Program-made: the position numbers and the translations under genes
Shown here: positions 12,771-25,926 of the stretch, piece after piece
Layout of the letters: each line of letters starts with the position of its first letter
How positions within the stretch are numbered: the first letter of the stretch is position 1
The notes under the pieces: generated by a model
The model's input: the letters and a program-made list of their open reading frames with translations, nothing else
The model's database searches: none
Told to the model about the DNA's origin: nothing
Origin: Mobula hypostoma
Taxonomy: Eukaryota
Direction: 5' to 3'
Assembly: GCF_963921235.1 (NCBI RefSeq)
Contig: NC_086115.1
Span: 24,676,001-24,740,000, forward strand
Length of the DNA stretch: 64,000 nucleotides

Positions 12771-13334
12771 CGTAGTTGTATGACGTTTTTCCTTTTCTTA
12801 TTCTCTTTGAAACTGATTTTGAAACTGACTTTTGCTCCATTTGCTGAACACTGTCAGATCACTTTGCAGTTGATAATTGCTAGCTGTCAAGAATAGTATT
12901 CAAGACTGATTGAACAGACACTACAAGACCCAACCATCATACATGTGCTTCTAATGAACCAGATAATAATTTTCTTTTCATCTCCATAGATGCTGTTCGA
13001 CTTGCTGAATACCTCTGGCATTTTCTGTTGACAACATTTCCTTCACAGAGAAAGTATTCATATACAGCATTGGATGTCAGCTTTTTCTGGGTTTACCATT
13101 TGTTCATCCTCAGACAGCTCAACCAATGCATGCTGCTTAATAAATGTCAGGGAAACCAATCACCTGTCCATATGACAAGCCTACCTAAGGGAGCACACTG
13201 TGTGTAGATTGGCTGCCATGTTTCCTGCATTGCAATGGTGACTACAACTCAAAGATTTCCATCGAAAACAACTACAGGTGCTAAAAGCCAGAAATGAAAA
13301 AAAAACAAAAAAATGCTAAAAGCATATGACAGGA

Positions 13335-14418
13335 CAGGGAGAGGGGACTCTGTCTCGGAGACTGATGCCAGGATATCTTTCAAGAAGGTGAAACCTCACA
13401 AGGAAACTCAATGCACAGGTAGGGTTCTGAAAACCTGTGCCAACCAACTGGCAGGATGTTCAAAACCATTTTCAACCTCTCATTGGTACAGTTAGAAGTT
13501 CCCACCTGCTTTAAAAGGGCAGCAAATATACCAGTGACCAGGAAGAGCAGGGTGAGTAGCCTTAATAGCTACTGTCCAGTAGCACTCACATCTACAGTGA
13601 TGAAGTGCTTTGTGAGGTTGGTTATGGCTAGCATTAACTCCTGTCTCACCAAGGACCTGGACCCACTGTAATTTGCCTATTGCCACAGTTGGTCTATGGA
13701 GAATGCAATCTCAGTGGCTCTTCACACCGTCTTGGATCACCTGGAAAATACAAATACGTATGTCAGAATGCTGTTTATTGACTAGAGCTCAACACTTAAC
13801 ACCATCGTTCCTACGGTTCTGATCAAAAAACTCCAGAATCTGGGCCGTTGTATGTCCCTCTGCAAGTGGATCCATGACTTCCTAACTGAAAGACCACAAT
13901 CTGTGCAGATTGGAAATAACATCTCCAACATCTCCACTGATAATCAACGCTGGTGCTTGTCAGGGATGTGTGCTTACCTACTGCTCTACTCTCTCTACAT
14001 CCATGACTGTGGCTAGGCACAGCTCAAATGCCATCTATAAACTTGATGATACAACGATTGTTGACAGAATTTCAGATGGTGACGAGAGGGCACACAGGAG
14101 TGAGATAGATCAGCTAGCTGAGTGGTGTCGCCGCAACATCAGTAAGACCAAAGAACTGTTTGTGGACTTCAGAAATGGTAAACGAAGGAACACACACCAG
14201 TCCTCAAAGAGGGAGCAGAGTGGAAAGAGTGAGTTCCTGGGTGTCAAGATCTCTGAGCATTTATCCTGGACCCAACATATTGATGCAGCTACAAAGAAGG
14301 CACAGCAGCAGCTATATTTCATTGGGAGTTTGAGGAGATTTGGTACGTCACCAAAGACACTCACAAATTTCTACAGATGTACCATGGAGAGCATTCTAAC
14401 TGACTGCATCACCGTCTG

Positions 14419-14454
<36 letters not shown>

Positions 14455-14800
14455 TGGGGGAGGGTACTACTGCACATGATCAATAATAAGCTGCAGAGAG
14501 ATGTGAACAGTCAGCTCCATCACCAGACATTTTGGAGGAGTAATTCATCAGTGAGGACCCCCATCACCCAGGTCATGCCTTGTTCTCATTGCTACATCAG
14601 GAAGGAGGTACAGAAACCTAAAGGCACACAGCGATTCAAGAACAGCTTCTTCTCCTCTGCCATATGAATTTTGAATGGACATTGAGCCCATGAACACTAC
14701 CTCACTACTTTTTTTATCCTATTTTTGCCAAGTTTATTTAATTTATCTATTTTTATCTATATATTTTACGTATGCCAGTGATATTAAACCTGATTCTGAA
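13335..14800 (+). mobile_element. Rex1/Babar LINE 3' portion (frameshifted), with an internal (GT)n at ~14420-14452
   Basis: LKTCANQLA, IFNLSL..VPTCFK, PVALTSTVMKCF, QGCVL, KxDDTTIV, FYRCTMESILT; (attctg) tail. Confidence 0.9.
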
Positions 14801-14894
14801 CAATAAGTGATGACCCAGGATACGACATTCACATCCACGAACTAATTAAATTAGCATAAATTAGCCAAAACTTCGATCAAATAATGTGTAAACA

Positions 14895-15055
14895 TTCAAT
14901 GTTTTCGGCCGAGACCCTTCATTAGGACTGGAGAAGGGTCTCAGCCTGAAAAGTTGACCGTTTACTCTTTTCTGTAGATGCTGCCTAGTCTGCTGAGTTC
15001 ATAATGCATTTTGTGTGTGTTGCTTTGGATTTCCTGCATCTGCTGATTTTCACGG
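14895..15055. mobile_element. Penelope terminal repeat as an inverted pair
   Basis: ttttcggccgagacccttc...gaagggtctcagcctgaaaa hairpin (14902-14952), followed by the + strand terminal repeat. Confidence 0.75.
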
Positions 15056-15191
15056 ATTTTATATTGGCAGTCTAGTTATTCTGGCAATTCAATTCTGGCA
15101 ACTTTAGACCTGAAGCTTTAACTCCCTACAAATGCCAGCTATCCATATCTGATAATATGTATATATTTTGTTTTACTATTATTTTGACTAA

Positions 15192-16130
15192 ACTGTCTTG
15201 TCTCCCTTTCTCTTCACCATTTACACCTCGGACTTCAACTACTGCACAGAGTCTTGTCATCTTCAGAAGTTTTCGGATGACTCTGCCATAGTTGGATGCA
15301 TCAGCAAGGGAGATGAGGCTGAGTACAGGGCTACGGTAGGAAACTTTGTCACATGGTGTGAGCAGAATTATCTGCAGCTTAATGTGAAAAAGACTAAGGA
15401 GCTGGTGGTAGACCTGAGGAGAGCTAAGGTACCGGTCACCCCTGTTTCCATCCAGGGGGTCAGTGTGGACATGGTGGAGGACTACAAATACCTGGGGATA
15501 CGAATTGACAATAAACTGGACTGGTCAAAGAACACTGAGGCTGTCTACAAGAAGGGTCAGAGCCGTCTCTATTTCCTGAGGAGACTGAGGTCCTTTAACA
15601 TCTGCCTGACGATGCTGAGGATGTCCTCCGAGTCTGTGGTGGCCAGTGCTATCATGTTTGCTGTTGTGTGCTGGGGCAGCAGGCTGAGGGTGGCAGACAC
15701 CAACAGAATCAACAAACTCATTCGTAAGGCCAGTGACGTTGTGGGGATGGAACTGGACTCTCTCACGGTGGTGTCTGAAAAGAGGATGCTGTCTAAGTTG
15801 CATGCCATCTTGGTCAATGTCTCCCATCCACTACATAATGTACCGGGTAGGCACAGGAGTACATTCAGCCAGAGACTCATTCCTCCGAGATGCAGCACAG
15901 AGCGTCATAGGAAGTCACTCCTGCCTGTGGCCATCAAACTTTACAACTCCTCCCTTGGAGGGTCAGACACCCTGAGCCAATAGGCTGGTCCTGGACTTAT
16001 TTCGTAATTTACTGGCATAATTTACATATTACTATTTAACTATTTATGGTTCTATTACTATTTATTATTTATGGTGCAACTGTAATGAAAACCAATTTCC
16101 CCTGGGATCAATAAAGTATGACTATGACTA
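15192..16130 (+). mobile_element. Young Rex1/Babar LINE (second family), 5'-truncated
   Basis: Uninterrupted ORF 15198..15983 (SPFLFTIYTSD, KFSDDSAIVG, LNVKKTKEL, YKYLG, GQSRLYFLRRL); (atgact)n tail. Confidence 0.92.
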
Positions 16131-16431
16131 TTTTGTGTACAGATCAGAGAGAATGAACTGCTAATGGTGTATGAAATGTAACCAGGTGTTTGTCATACTA
16201 ATGGATTATTGTCAGTTTAGACAAGTTAAGAATGGAAAGAGGAACAGAGGAGGGTCTGATGAAGAAATCAGTGTGAATAACATTCAAATTAAGTTATGAA
16301 AAGCAATATAAAAGAAACAAAGGCTAAAAACGGAAGAGGAAAAGAACCAAAAAAATATATAAAGCATGATCACACTTAAAGAAATTTCTTACAGTATTTC
16401 ACCACTTGTAGAATGAGTCTCTGTAATTGCA

Positions 16432-17072
16432 ATTAGATTAGATTAGATTATGAGAACACTCAGTCCTCTTTTATTGTCATTTAGAAATGCATACATGCAT
16501 TAAGAAATGATACAATGTTTCTCCGGAGTGATATCACAGGAAACAGGACAGACCAAAGACTAACACTGACAGAACCACATAATTATAACATATAGTTACA
16601 GCAGTGCAAAGCAATACCACAATTTGATGAAGAAAAAACCATGGGCATGGTAAATAAAGTCTCAAAAGTCCCCGAGTCCCCAATAGCAGGCGGCAAAAGG
16701 GAGAAGCTCCCTGCCAATGCCTTGGAAGCAGCCGACCACAGCCGACACCAAGTCCATCCGTCCGAAAACTTCAAGCTTCCAACCAGCCGCTCCGATACAG
16801 CCTCCTGAGGTCCATCCTCTGCTGAGCGCCTTCGACCTCGCCCCAGCCGCTGAAACAAGCAAAGCCGAGGATTTTGGAGCCTTCTGCTCCAGAGATTCTG
16901 GTTATCGCACAGTAGCAGCGGCAGCGAAGCGGGCATTTCAGAAGTTTTCCAGATGTTCCTCCGTACTCTCACGTCTGTCTCCATCACATCAGGTCTGTGC
17001 ACGGTCCCCTACTTGACAGATACAGACATCACCAACGAAGTGGCCGCGTGCACTGCCATCTTCTCCTCCTCC
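16432..17072 (-). mobile_element. Interspersed repeat with (tctaa)n tail, probably a LINE 3' UTR or derived SINE
   Basis: Close inverted homologue of 58843-59375; a shorter copy lies at 19222-19340. Confidence 0.75.
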
Positions 17073-17960
17073 AATTGTTCCTTTTATGGGTCGGAGATTT
17101 CAAACAATGTTACAGGAATATAAACCTCATCATAAAATTGTTAATTATTAAATTATTTTATGTATTAGACCAAACTTTTTGAAGTGAGTTTAATTGACAG
17201 TAATTAGTAAAGGCAGAAATTTTTACAAATTTTGCCAGGGAGATTAAGGTCAAGTGGCTGGTTTCATCTGGCTAATGGTGATGCGATGCAAATCTTTCAG
17301 CAATTTGTGTTGATTTGCAATTCAATGGGTATTTTTACATTGTTAGACAATTTATACATTAGCAATAGAGTGTGTATTAAATTCCATGTTTTCTGGCAGA
17401 GAACTCTGCTCTAATTTCTAAATATAACTTGGAACATGAAAGCACCTGGTTCATCAATATGGATTTCATGACTTGTTTCAGTGGCTGTCTCCCCTTCATC
17501 CCCTAATTAAAATCTGCTTTTCCACTTACGGTCCACACATTCTCTTCAATTTGTATCCTTGCTCCAGTTTTACAGCAAATGTGCATGTTGATTGACGTCA
17601 TTGTTGTGTATCCAGGGGCCTTTCTACTTGGGCAGGTCACGTGCCTGGATGCCTACAAATGAATTTCCCATTGTTTGCCATGCAGGCACACAAGTGCCAA
17701 TTGTGTTCTAAGATGAATTCAGACCAATCACATAGCGCATAAAATAAATGCTTTTGATGATTGAATTTCTAGGCCATACGGTCGTTATGTTGCATGGGTT
17801 GTGTAACTCAGCTGTGAATATCAGGCATGGAACATATCAGAACTTTGCAATGACAAAACAATATTCATCTTATCAAGCTCCTTCCATCTTGGTTCAGAAT
17901 CTGATTAATTACTTTACAATTAGTTTCCATTGAAAAGCAGAACCAACTTTTGCTTTACTT

Positions 17961-18744
17961 TACGTCCACCGGATAATTTTGAAAATGCCGGTTCCACATA
18001 AAAACGATAGGCGTCCACACCAGGCGTTCTTGAAAATACCTACGTCCACATTAAAATGGGTATTTGGGCGAATCTCCTCCTACTGGGCATGCGCAGGTCA
18101 CATCTACAGAAAACAAGCAAAGAGGAAATGGTATACTTGGTGAGCGTTTGCCCAGTTACAGTCTAGAAAAACTTAAAAGGAAATTGCCAAACGACGGACA
18201 GCTATTGGCTCTCGCGCAGGAGGACTTAATACTAAGAAAACCAATACTGGAGTGTATGGAGGCAACTGACAGGGAGTTCACGGACAGTATGACCCGGCTG
18301 ACGACGAACATTGAAAAACTGACTAACTCTGTTGTAGAGGGATTTGCAATGATGAGGAATATGATGGCTCCCACCCACCCCCCCAGTACTTTTCACCACC
18401 ACAATACCAGCCTCACAGCCACTACAATAGCTACACATACGGACACACAGACCCCCGGGTGGTCCCACCAACATCTTCCGCACTCCCACAGAGGGGTCAC
18501 CCTGGAAACATTTCCTACAGCCATAGTCTCTTCACCAATGAAAGGGACGAGAGGTTTTTTAAAACCTCCGGTTACCCTGTACACACTACAACGCCCAACC
18601 AGCGTTTTCAGATTTAAACACTCTGGAGAGCGTTTTAGAACAGCTCCATTTTAGGGGGAGGAAAACGCAGTTTCAGTATGGATGGAGGGTCAAAACGAAG
18701 AGAAAAAGCTTCGGTTACGGATTTATCTGGTCTAGTGTGCATAC
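17961..18744 (+). mobile_element. PIF/Harbinger-type non-autonomous DNA transposon carrying a remnant ORF
   Basis: Degenerate termini tacgtccac..ccggata / tatctggtctagtgtgcatac; subterminal gtccacac and cgtttt repeats; ORF 18064..18654 with helical segment EKLKRKLP..QLLALAQED. Confidence 0.6.
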
Positions 18745-18915
18745 AACATAGAACATTACGGCACAGTGCAGTCCATTCGACCTACGATGTGGTGCCGACC
18801 TTGTAACCTGCTCTACAATCAGTCTAACCCTCCCCTCCTATGTTGACCTCCATTTTTCTATCATCCGTGTGCCTGTCTAAAAGTTTCTCAATGACCTTGA
18901 TGCATCTGTACCAAC
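18745..18915 (-). mobile_element. CR1 LINE 3' tail
   Basis: Homologous to 41824-42000. Confidence 0.7.
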
Positions 18916-19186
18916 ACTGAGTCTCAGGCTCAGGTGGGTTTTCCATCGCCCACATAATCCCCCAGTTACACCATACCTCCGTCCGGATTGTTGTCCTGAG
19001 ATTTTCATCTCCCACATCAAGCATCCGGCCATGTGGAATTTTCCAGATAATGGTGGATCATGGTTGGATTCCTCCACTGCGTTACGTGTTGCTGGAGACC
19101 AGTATGCCTTCCAGTAAGACTGGTAAAAGACGGATACATTTTCATCCCATAAATTTCGGGCTAGGATTTTGAGAATGACTGTAACT

Positions 19187-19522
19187 ACACTCAGTGGCCA
19201 GTTTTCTAGGTATACCTGCCTGTTAGATTAGATTGGATTAGATTATGAGGACACACAGTCCTCTTTTATTGTCATTTAGTAATGCATGCATTAAGAAATG
19301 ATACAATGTTCCTCCAGAAAGATATCACAGAAGCACAAGATTCAGGCTGGCAGAAAGGTAACCGTAACCCAAATAACCATGTTTCATCAGTGGAGTGTGG
19401 AAGGGCATCTCTGAACACGCACACACGTTGAACCTTGAAGTGGATGGGCTACCACAGCAGAAGACCACGATCATACTCTCAGTGGCCACTTTACTAAGTA
19501 CAAGAGGTACTCAATAAAGTGC
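19187..19522 (+). mobile_element. Tc1-derived MITE (degenerate), interrupted by a (tctaa)n-tail repeat
   Basis: ta|cactcagtggcca terminus and internal sequence shared with 60703-61242. Confidence 0.65.
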
Positions 19523-19689
19523 ATGTTGCATAACTGAGTGAATTTGGAGCCATCTCTTAAAATTACCATCTTTATCATCACAGTGGTAACATCAAGGACA
19601 TCTTCAAAAGGCAGCATCCATCACTGAGGGCTCCCTCCACTCAAAGTATGCCCCCCTTCTCATTACAGTACTACCTTCAGATATTTGCA

Positions 19690-22172
19690 ATTAAATCTGG
19701 AATATCTCGCAATTGTGCCATCCATTTTTCCTACCACGGGAGATTTCAGCGATCATTTTGGTAGTGGTGTACATTCCATCTCAGGCCAATGTCAAACAGG
19801 CTCTAGACCTGAGCAATGTGATCAACTGGCATGAAACAGCATACCAAGATGCCTTCATCATCATTTTGTGGGGTTTTTAACGAGGCCAGCCTGAAAAAGT
19901 CACCCAATAGTTACCATCAACAAATCACTCGTAGTACCAGAGGATATAACACACTGAACCACTGTTACACTACCATTAAGAGCAAATAGCACCATCCTGT
20001 GCTATCCTTTGCCCACAGTTTGGTAAGTCTGATCACGTGGCTGTACTTCTACTCCCTAAGTATAGGCAGAGACTGAAGACTACAACACCAGTGGTGAAGA
20101 CCAAAAAGTTATGGACAAGGGAAGCATAGGAGCACTTACAGGACTGCTTAGAATCAGTGGACTGGACTGTATTCAGAGATTCATCTGGATGAGTATGCTG
20201 CAGTTGTTACTGACTTCATTAAAACCTGTGTGGATGAGTGTGTGCCCACAAGGACTTACTGTAAATTCCCAAACTAAAAGCCATGGATGAACCAGGAGTT
20301 ATGTCGTCTGCTGAAGGCTAGATCTGTGGCATTTAAGTCTGGTGACCCAGATCTGTACCAGAAAACCAGGTATGATTTGCGGAGGGCTATTTCAAGGGTG
20401 AGGAGATTTCGAACGAGGTTGGAGGCGACATCGGATGCACGGCAACTTGCAGGGTTTGCAAGACATTACTTCCTACAAAGCGATGCTTCACTACCAGATG
20501 AGCTCAACGCCTTCTATGCCCCTTTTGAAAGGGAGAATATAACTACAGCCTTGAAGATCCTTGATGTACCTGGTAACCCTGTGACCCCTGTCTCGGAGGC
20601 TGATGTCAGGCTGTCTTTCAGAAGGGTGAGCACTTGCAAGGTGGCAAGTCCCAATGGAATACCTGGTAAGGCTCTGAAAACTTGTGCCAAGCAACTGGTG
20701 GGTGTATTCAAGGACATTTTCAACCTCTCACTGCTATGGTTGGAAGTTCTCCCTGCTTCTGAAAGGTAATAATAGTAACAGTGCCTGAGAAGAATAATGT
20801 GAGCTGCCCCAATGACCATGGTACAGTAACACTTACATCTATGGTGATAAAATGCTTTGAGAGTTTGGTCATGGCTAGAATCAACTCCTGCCTCAGTAAG
20901 GACCTGGACCACTGTAATTTGCCTATCATCACAATAGGTCTATGACCGACGCAATCTCAATGACTATTCTAATGGCCTTAGATCACTTGGACAATACAAG
21001 TACCTAGGTCAGGATGCTGTTCGTTGACTGTAACTCAGTGTTTAACACCATCTGTCCCACAGTCCTGATCAATATGCCATAGAACCTGGGCCCCTGTACC
21101 TCCATCTGCAATTGGATCCTCAGCTTCCTAAATGGAAGACTACAATCCGTGTGGATTGGTGATAATATCTCCTCCTTGCTGACCATCAACATTTCAACAC
21201 TGGTGCACCTCAGGGATGTGTGCTTAGCCCACTGCTCTACTGTCTCTATTCCCATGACTGTGTGGCAAGGCATAGCTCAAATACCATCTATAAATTTGCT
21301 GATGATACAACCATTGTTGGTAGAATCTCGGATGGAGTTGAGTAGGTGTACAGGACAGAGATATGCCAACTAGTTGAGTGGTGTCACAACAGCAACCTTT
21401 CACTCAACAGCAGTAAGACAAAAGAGCTGATTGGGGGTTTCAGAAAGGGTAAGATGAGGGATCACACACTAGTCCTCACAGAGGGATCAGAAGTAGAGAC
21501 AGTGAGCAATTTCAAGTTCCTGGGTGTCAAGATCTCTGAGGATCTGACCTAGTCTCAACATATTGATGCAGTTATAAAGAAGGCAAGACAGCAGCTATAT
21601 TTCATTAGGAGTTTGAAGAGGTTTGATTTGTCACCTAAAACAGTGGAAAACTTTGATAGATGTACCGTGGAGAGCATTCTGACAGGCTGCATCACTGACT
21701 AGTATTGGGTTTGGGGGGTGGGGGCCACTGCACAGGACCGAAAGAAGCTACAGAAAGTTGTAGAATTAGTCAGTTCCATCTTGGGTACTATCCTCTCTAG
21801 CATCCAAGACATTTTCAAGGAGCGGTGCCTCAGAAAGGTGGTGTTCATTATTAAGGACCCCTATCATCCAGGACATGCCCTTTTCTCACTGTTACCATTG
21901 GGCAGGAGGTACAGAAGCCTGAAGGCACACATTCAGTGATTCAGGAACAGCTTCTTCCCCTCTGCCATCTGATTCCTGAATGGACATTGAACCCTTGGAC
22001 ACTACCTCACATGTTTTATGACGATAATAAACCGGACTCTGATAAATATATATACTGTATATATAATTGTAATTTTATTATGTTTTATGTATTGCATTGT
22101 GGTGCTTCTTCTGGTGAAACAACAAATTTCACAATATATGATACACCTGTCTCTGATTCTGAACCTATGTCT
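19690..22172 (+). mobile_element. Rex1/Babar LINE, long degenerate EN-RT copy
   Basis: VVVYIP, FGKSDH, KPWMNQE, LPDELNAFYA, FNLSL, KFADDTTIVG, FKFLGV; (attctg) tail. Confidence 0.9.
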
Positions 22173-22749
22173 GACGTCCCACCTAAACGTTTATTTACTC
22201 ATCTTTAAATGACGTATCCTGGTATTAGTCATTGCCGTTCTGGGAAAAAGTCACTGGCTGCCACTTTTAGTGCATAAAAATTGCTGTTTAAATTAATCCT
22301 TCAGTCAGAATTTTAGTCAGCTGCTGTTGCTCCAGCACTCTGAAAGATCTCCAGGTTTCAGGAAAGAGCAGCCTGCTCGACTGCACTGCATTCATCTTCC
22401 TTTTGCTTTCTATAGAATACACTACATGACCAACCAATGCTCGTCTAGTAACCTGACAACCTCCATCATCAAGAAAGGTTTATAATGGGTATACATTACC
22501 TCCAGTAAAAAAAAAGCAAACCTTTAGGGACCTAGTGGGTCAAGCAGCGCCTGTGGGGGAGCTTCTTATCGAGACCCCGAGGAGATGCGGGTCCTCAGCC
22601 TGAAATGGTGACCATCCGTTTGCCTCCACAGATGCCACTTGACCTGCTGACTTGTTCCAGCGGCATGCTTTTTGCTCCAGATTCCAGATCGACAGTCTCT
22701 AGTGTTTACATTACTGCGAGCTTCTCTTCCCAGGTGCATAGATTCATAC

Positions 22750-22843
22750 TCTTGTGATATACTTCTACACGCACTCGTGAGCAGACGATTAAAGTTGGTG
22801 CGCATGAGCCGTCGTTTTTATCTGAAATATCTGTCTCGAAACA
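22750..22843 (+). repeat. 5' LTR (94 bp)
   Basis: Matches 27715-27808 with about 10 substitutions (manual count); ends ..cgaaaca directly before TGG. Confidence 0.92.
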
Positions 22844-22866
22844 TGGTGCCAGTGGGGGGGGCTCGG
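22844..22866 (+). promoter_or_regulatory. Primer-binding site (tRNA-Leu-like, tentative)
   Basis: tggtgccagtgggggggctcgga immediately follows the LTR; the TGG start is complementary to tRNA CCA. Confidence 0.6.
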
Positions 22867-22972
22867 AAAGTTGTTTTTTTCAACCTCAGCGCCTGATTTT
22901 TTCAACTTGCAGCTGGCAGCATAATGATAGCGCAACTCTGAAACGTCGGAGGGTGAGTGTAACAGTAGAAAA

Positions 22973-23871
22973 ATGTCGACCGAGACGAGCAACCAGCCAC
23001 AAATAGAGACGGGTGCAGTAGCAACGCCTGGAGGTGAGACAGCAGAATCTCAGTGGCACCCAGCACCCCCGGGCGACCCCGCGCCGGGGAGCCATGGTCC
23101 GGGCGGAAGTCCTCCCCCAGTCAGCAGCATCCGCCCGCCACCAGCCGTGACGGTCAACCGCGGAGTGATAGACGGATGGAAGACATGGCGGCAGATGTGG
23201 ACGAACTACAGCATCATAGCACAACTGTACAGACAAGTTCCAGCATACCAGGCGGCATTATTTTTACATAAAATTGGACCGTCAGGACTTGAGGTCTACA
23301 ACAGTTTTGAGTTCGCAGATGAGGCTGAAGGCCAAGACCTCACAAAGATCTGAGCTGCATTTGACAGAGATGCTATTGGTGAGAAAAATGAGACAAATGA
23401 ATGGTACTTGTTCAACAAGCGGCAACAAGAACAAGGTGAGACCTTTGAATCATTTCTTGCCCACCTTAGATCTCTTGCAAGGACATGTAATTTTTGCTCG
23501 TGCATGTCAGATAGTCTGCTGAGAAGCAGGATCGTACTAGTGCTAGTGGTGGAGGCAGAGCAAAGGGCACCTTGAACAGCCACAGAAGCAAAGGGAACCC
23601 TTGCAAGTACTGTGGCACGGAACATGCAGGAGACAAGCAACAGTGTCCAGCATACAGACAGGTGTGCAAGTCATGCGGCATTCGAAATCACTTTGCAAAG
23701 GTACGCAAGCAGAAGCCCGTGTGTGGGGTGGAAGCACAAAGCAATGACCAAACCGACAGTGACAGCAGCACCGAATTTATTGACAGTGTCACACTGGTGG
23801 TCAACAGTTTGAAAACAAAGGATGACGTATTCGCACAGAAGCTCATCAATGGAAAGCCAATAGACTTCTAA
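22973..23871 (+). pseudogene. gag: gag (with an internal deletion and stops), carrying two Cys/His knuckles
   Basis: WKTWRQMWTNY; CKYCGTEH..QCPAYRQVCKSCGIRNHFAKV. Confidence 0.85.
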
Positions 23872-25774
23872 ATCGACAGCGGGGCGAGCATTAACATTTT
23901 ACCCCACAAATACTTGGAGGGAGTAGACCACACACTAAGACAATGCACAGAAAAGCTGATGATGTGGAACAAGACCACCATGGATGCAGAATGGATGTGC
24001 AGGTTGAAATTGCGCAACCCCATGACGAACTGCAAGTATTCTGTGGAATTTGCCGTGGTCACTGACGACTTTACACCTTTGCTGGGAAGCAGGCCCATTG
24101 CTGGGAAGGAGGGCCAGCCAGCAAATGAAGCTGATTGCGGTCAACGATGACAACTTTCGCAGGGCGCATGCATCTACACTTGAAGAAAAACAATGCACAC
24201 CAGAAGAACGCTATGCAGGGGTGTTCGATGATGCACTTGGGGAGCTTCCAGGTGCAGCCCACCTGCAGATTGATGAGGAAGTTCAACCTACAGTGTTACC
24301 CCCACGATGTCTACCTCACGCTATGAAGCAGAAAGTGAAAGCTGAGCTTGATCAACTGGTAGACCACAAGGTGATAGCTCCAGTCCATGAACCTACAAGG
24401 TGGGTTAGCCAGTTAGTGGTCACAGAGAAGAAGAACGGTGACCTTTGTATATGCATTGACCCTCGACCATTGAACAAAGCGCTGAGGAGAGAACACTGCC
24501 CCCTTCCGGTGATAGACGACATTTTGCCCGATCCTGACCAGGCTAAGGTTTTCAGCAAGCTTGATATGAGTTCTGCATTCTGGCAAGTGAAATTGGAGAG
24601 TGATTCAAACGTGCTCACCACTTTCAACGCACCTTTCGGGCGGTATAGATGGCTCAGACTCCTGTTTGGAACCAGCGTTTCATCAGAGATCTTCCAGCAC
24701 AGGCTGCATCAGGCGCTGGAAGGACTACTGGGAGTGATCTGTGTCGCAGACGACATTCTGGCGTATGAAAAAGGGGAAACACAGGAAAAGACAATCACCG
24801 ATCATGATGTGAAACTTGAGCAGCTATTACAGCGTTGTGCAGGGCAACATATCAGGCTCAACGAGAACAATTCTGTCTTCAGAGCGACAGAGATACCATT
24901 TTGGGGGCATCTCATCACAAGTGAGGGACTTCAGCCTGATCCTAAGAAGGTCGCTGACGTTCTCAACATGCCAACACCCACGGATGTGGAGGGAGTGCAG
25001 CAATTGATCGGATTTGTCAGCGACCTGAGCCGTTTTCTACCAAATCTCTCAGATACCCTTGAGCCAATAAGACAGCTGACAAAGCCGGATGTAGCATGAG
25101 AGTGGTCAGCTGAGTATCAAAACGCTGTCTCCAAGACCAAGCGGATGGTATCCGAAGCATCGGTGTTAGCAAACTACAATTCTAAGGAAGAGCTAACCAT
25201 CCGATGTGACACCAGCAACAAAGGCCTACGGGCAGCACTCCTCCAGAATGGGCATCCGATCACATATGCAAGCAGAGCGCTAATGGACGCAGAAACGCAT
25301 TACGCAGTGATCAAAAAGGAAATGCTCGCAATCGTTTTCGCACTTGAGCGTTTTCATCAGTATACTTTTGGCCGCTTCACAAGAGTACTCAGTGATCACA
25401 AGCTGCTCGAAGTGATAGTTAAGAAGCCGTTGGTGAAGGCACCAAAGCACCTACAGGGAATGCTCCTTCGCCTGCAGAGCTATGACTTCGACATCACCTA
25501 CCGTCAAGGAAAGCTCGTACACCTCACAGATACGCTATCGCGATCAGTTAGCGGTACTCCAGGCCGGGAGAACAGCTTCGACAAAGTCAACATGCTATCG
25601 CACCTGCCAATCCGCGATGAGTGTCTAGAGCAGATTCGCATAGAAACAGCGAAAGATGGCACACTACAGATGTTGAAACGCATAGTCATCAGTGGATGGC
25701 CGAGCGAACATGACGCGCTGCCAGAGCAACTCACACCTTACTATAGCTATAGGGATGAGCTCGCAGTCCAAGAC

Positions 25775-25926
25775 ATAGTCATAGTCATACTTTATTGATC
25801 CTGGGGGAAATTGGTTTTCGTTACAGTTGCACCATAAATAATAAATAGTAATAGAACCATCAGTAGTTAAATAGTAATATGTAAATTATGCCAGTAAATT
25901 ATGAAATAAATCCAGGACCAGCCTAT
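25775..25926 (-). mobile_element. Rex1/Babar 3' tail inserted into Gypsy pol
   Basis: Reverse complement of ~15980-16130. Removing it restores VQD|GLTFKGERIIIP. Confidence 0.9.

Noticed and set aside
16583-17016. Overlapping 139/99-aa ORFs as host genes
   Set aside because: They belong to a GC-rich interspersed repeat also present at 58843-59375, where the frames differ.
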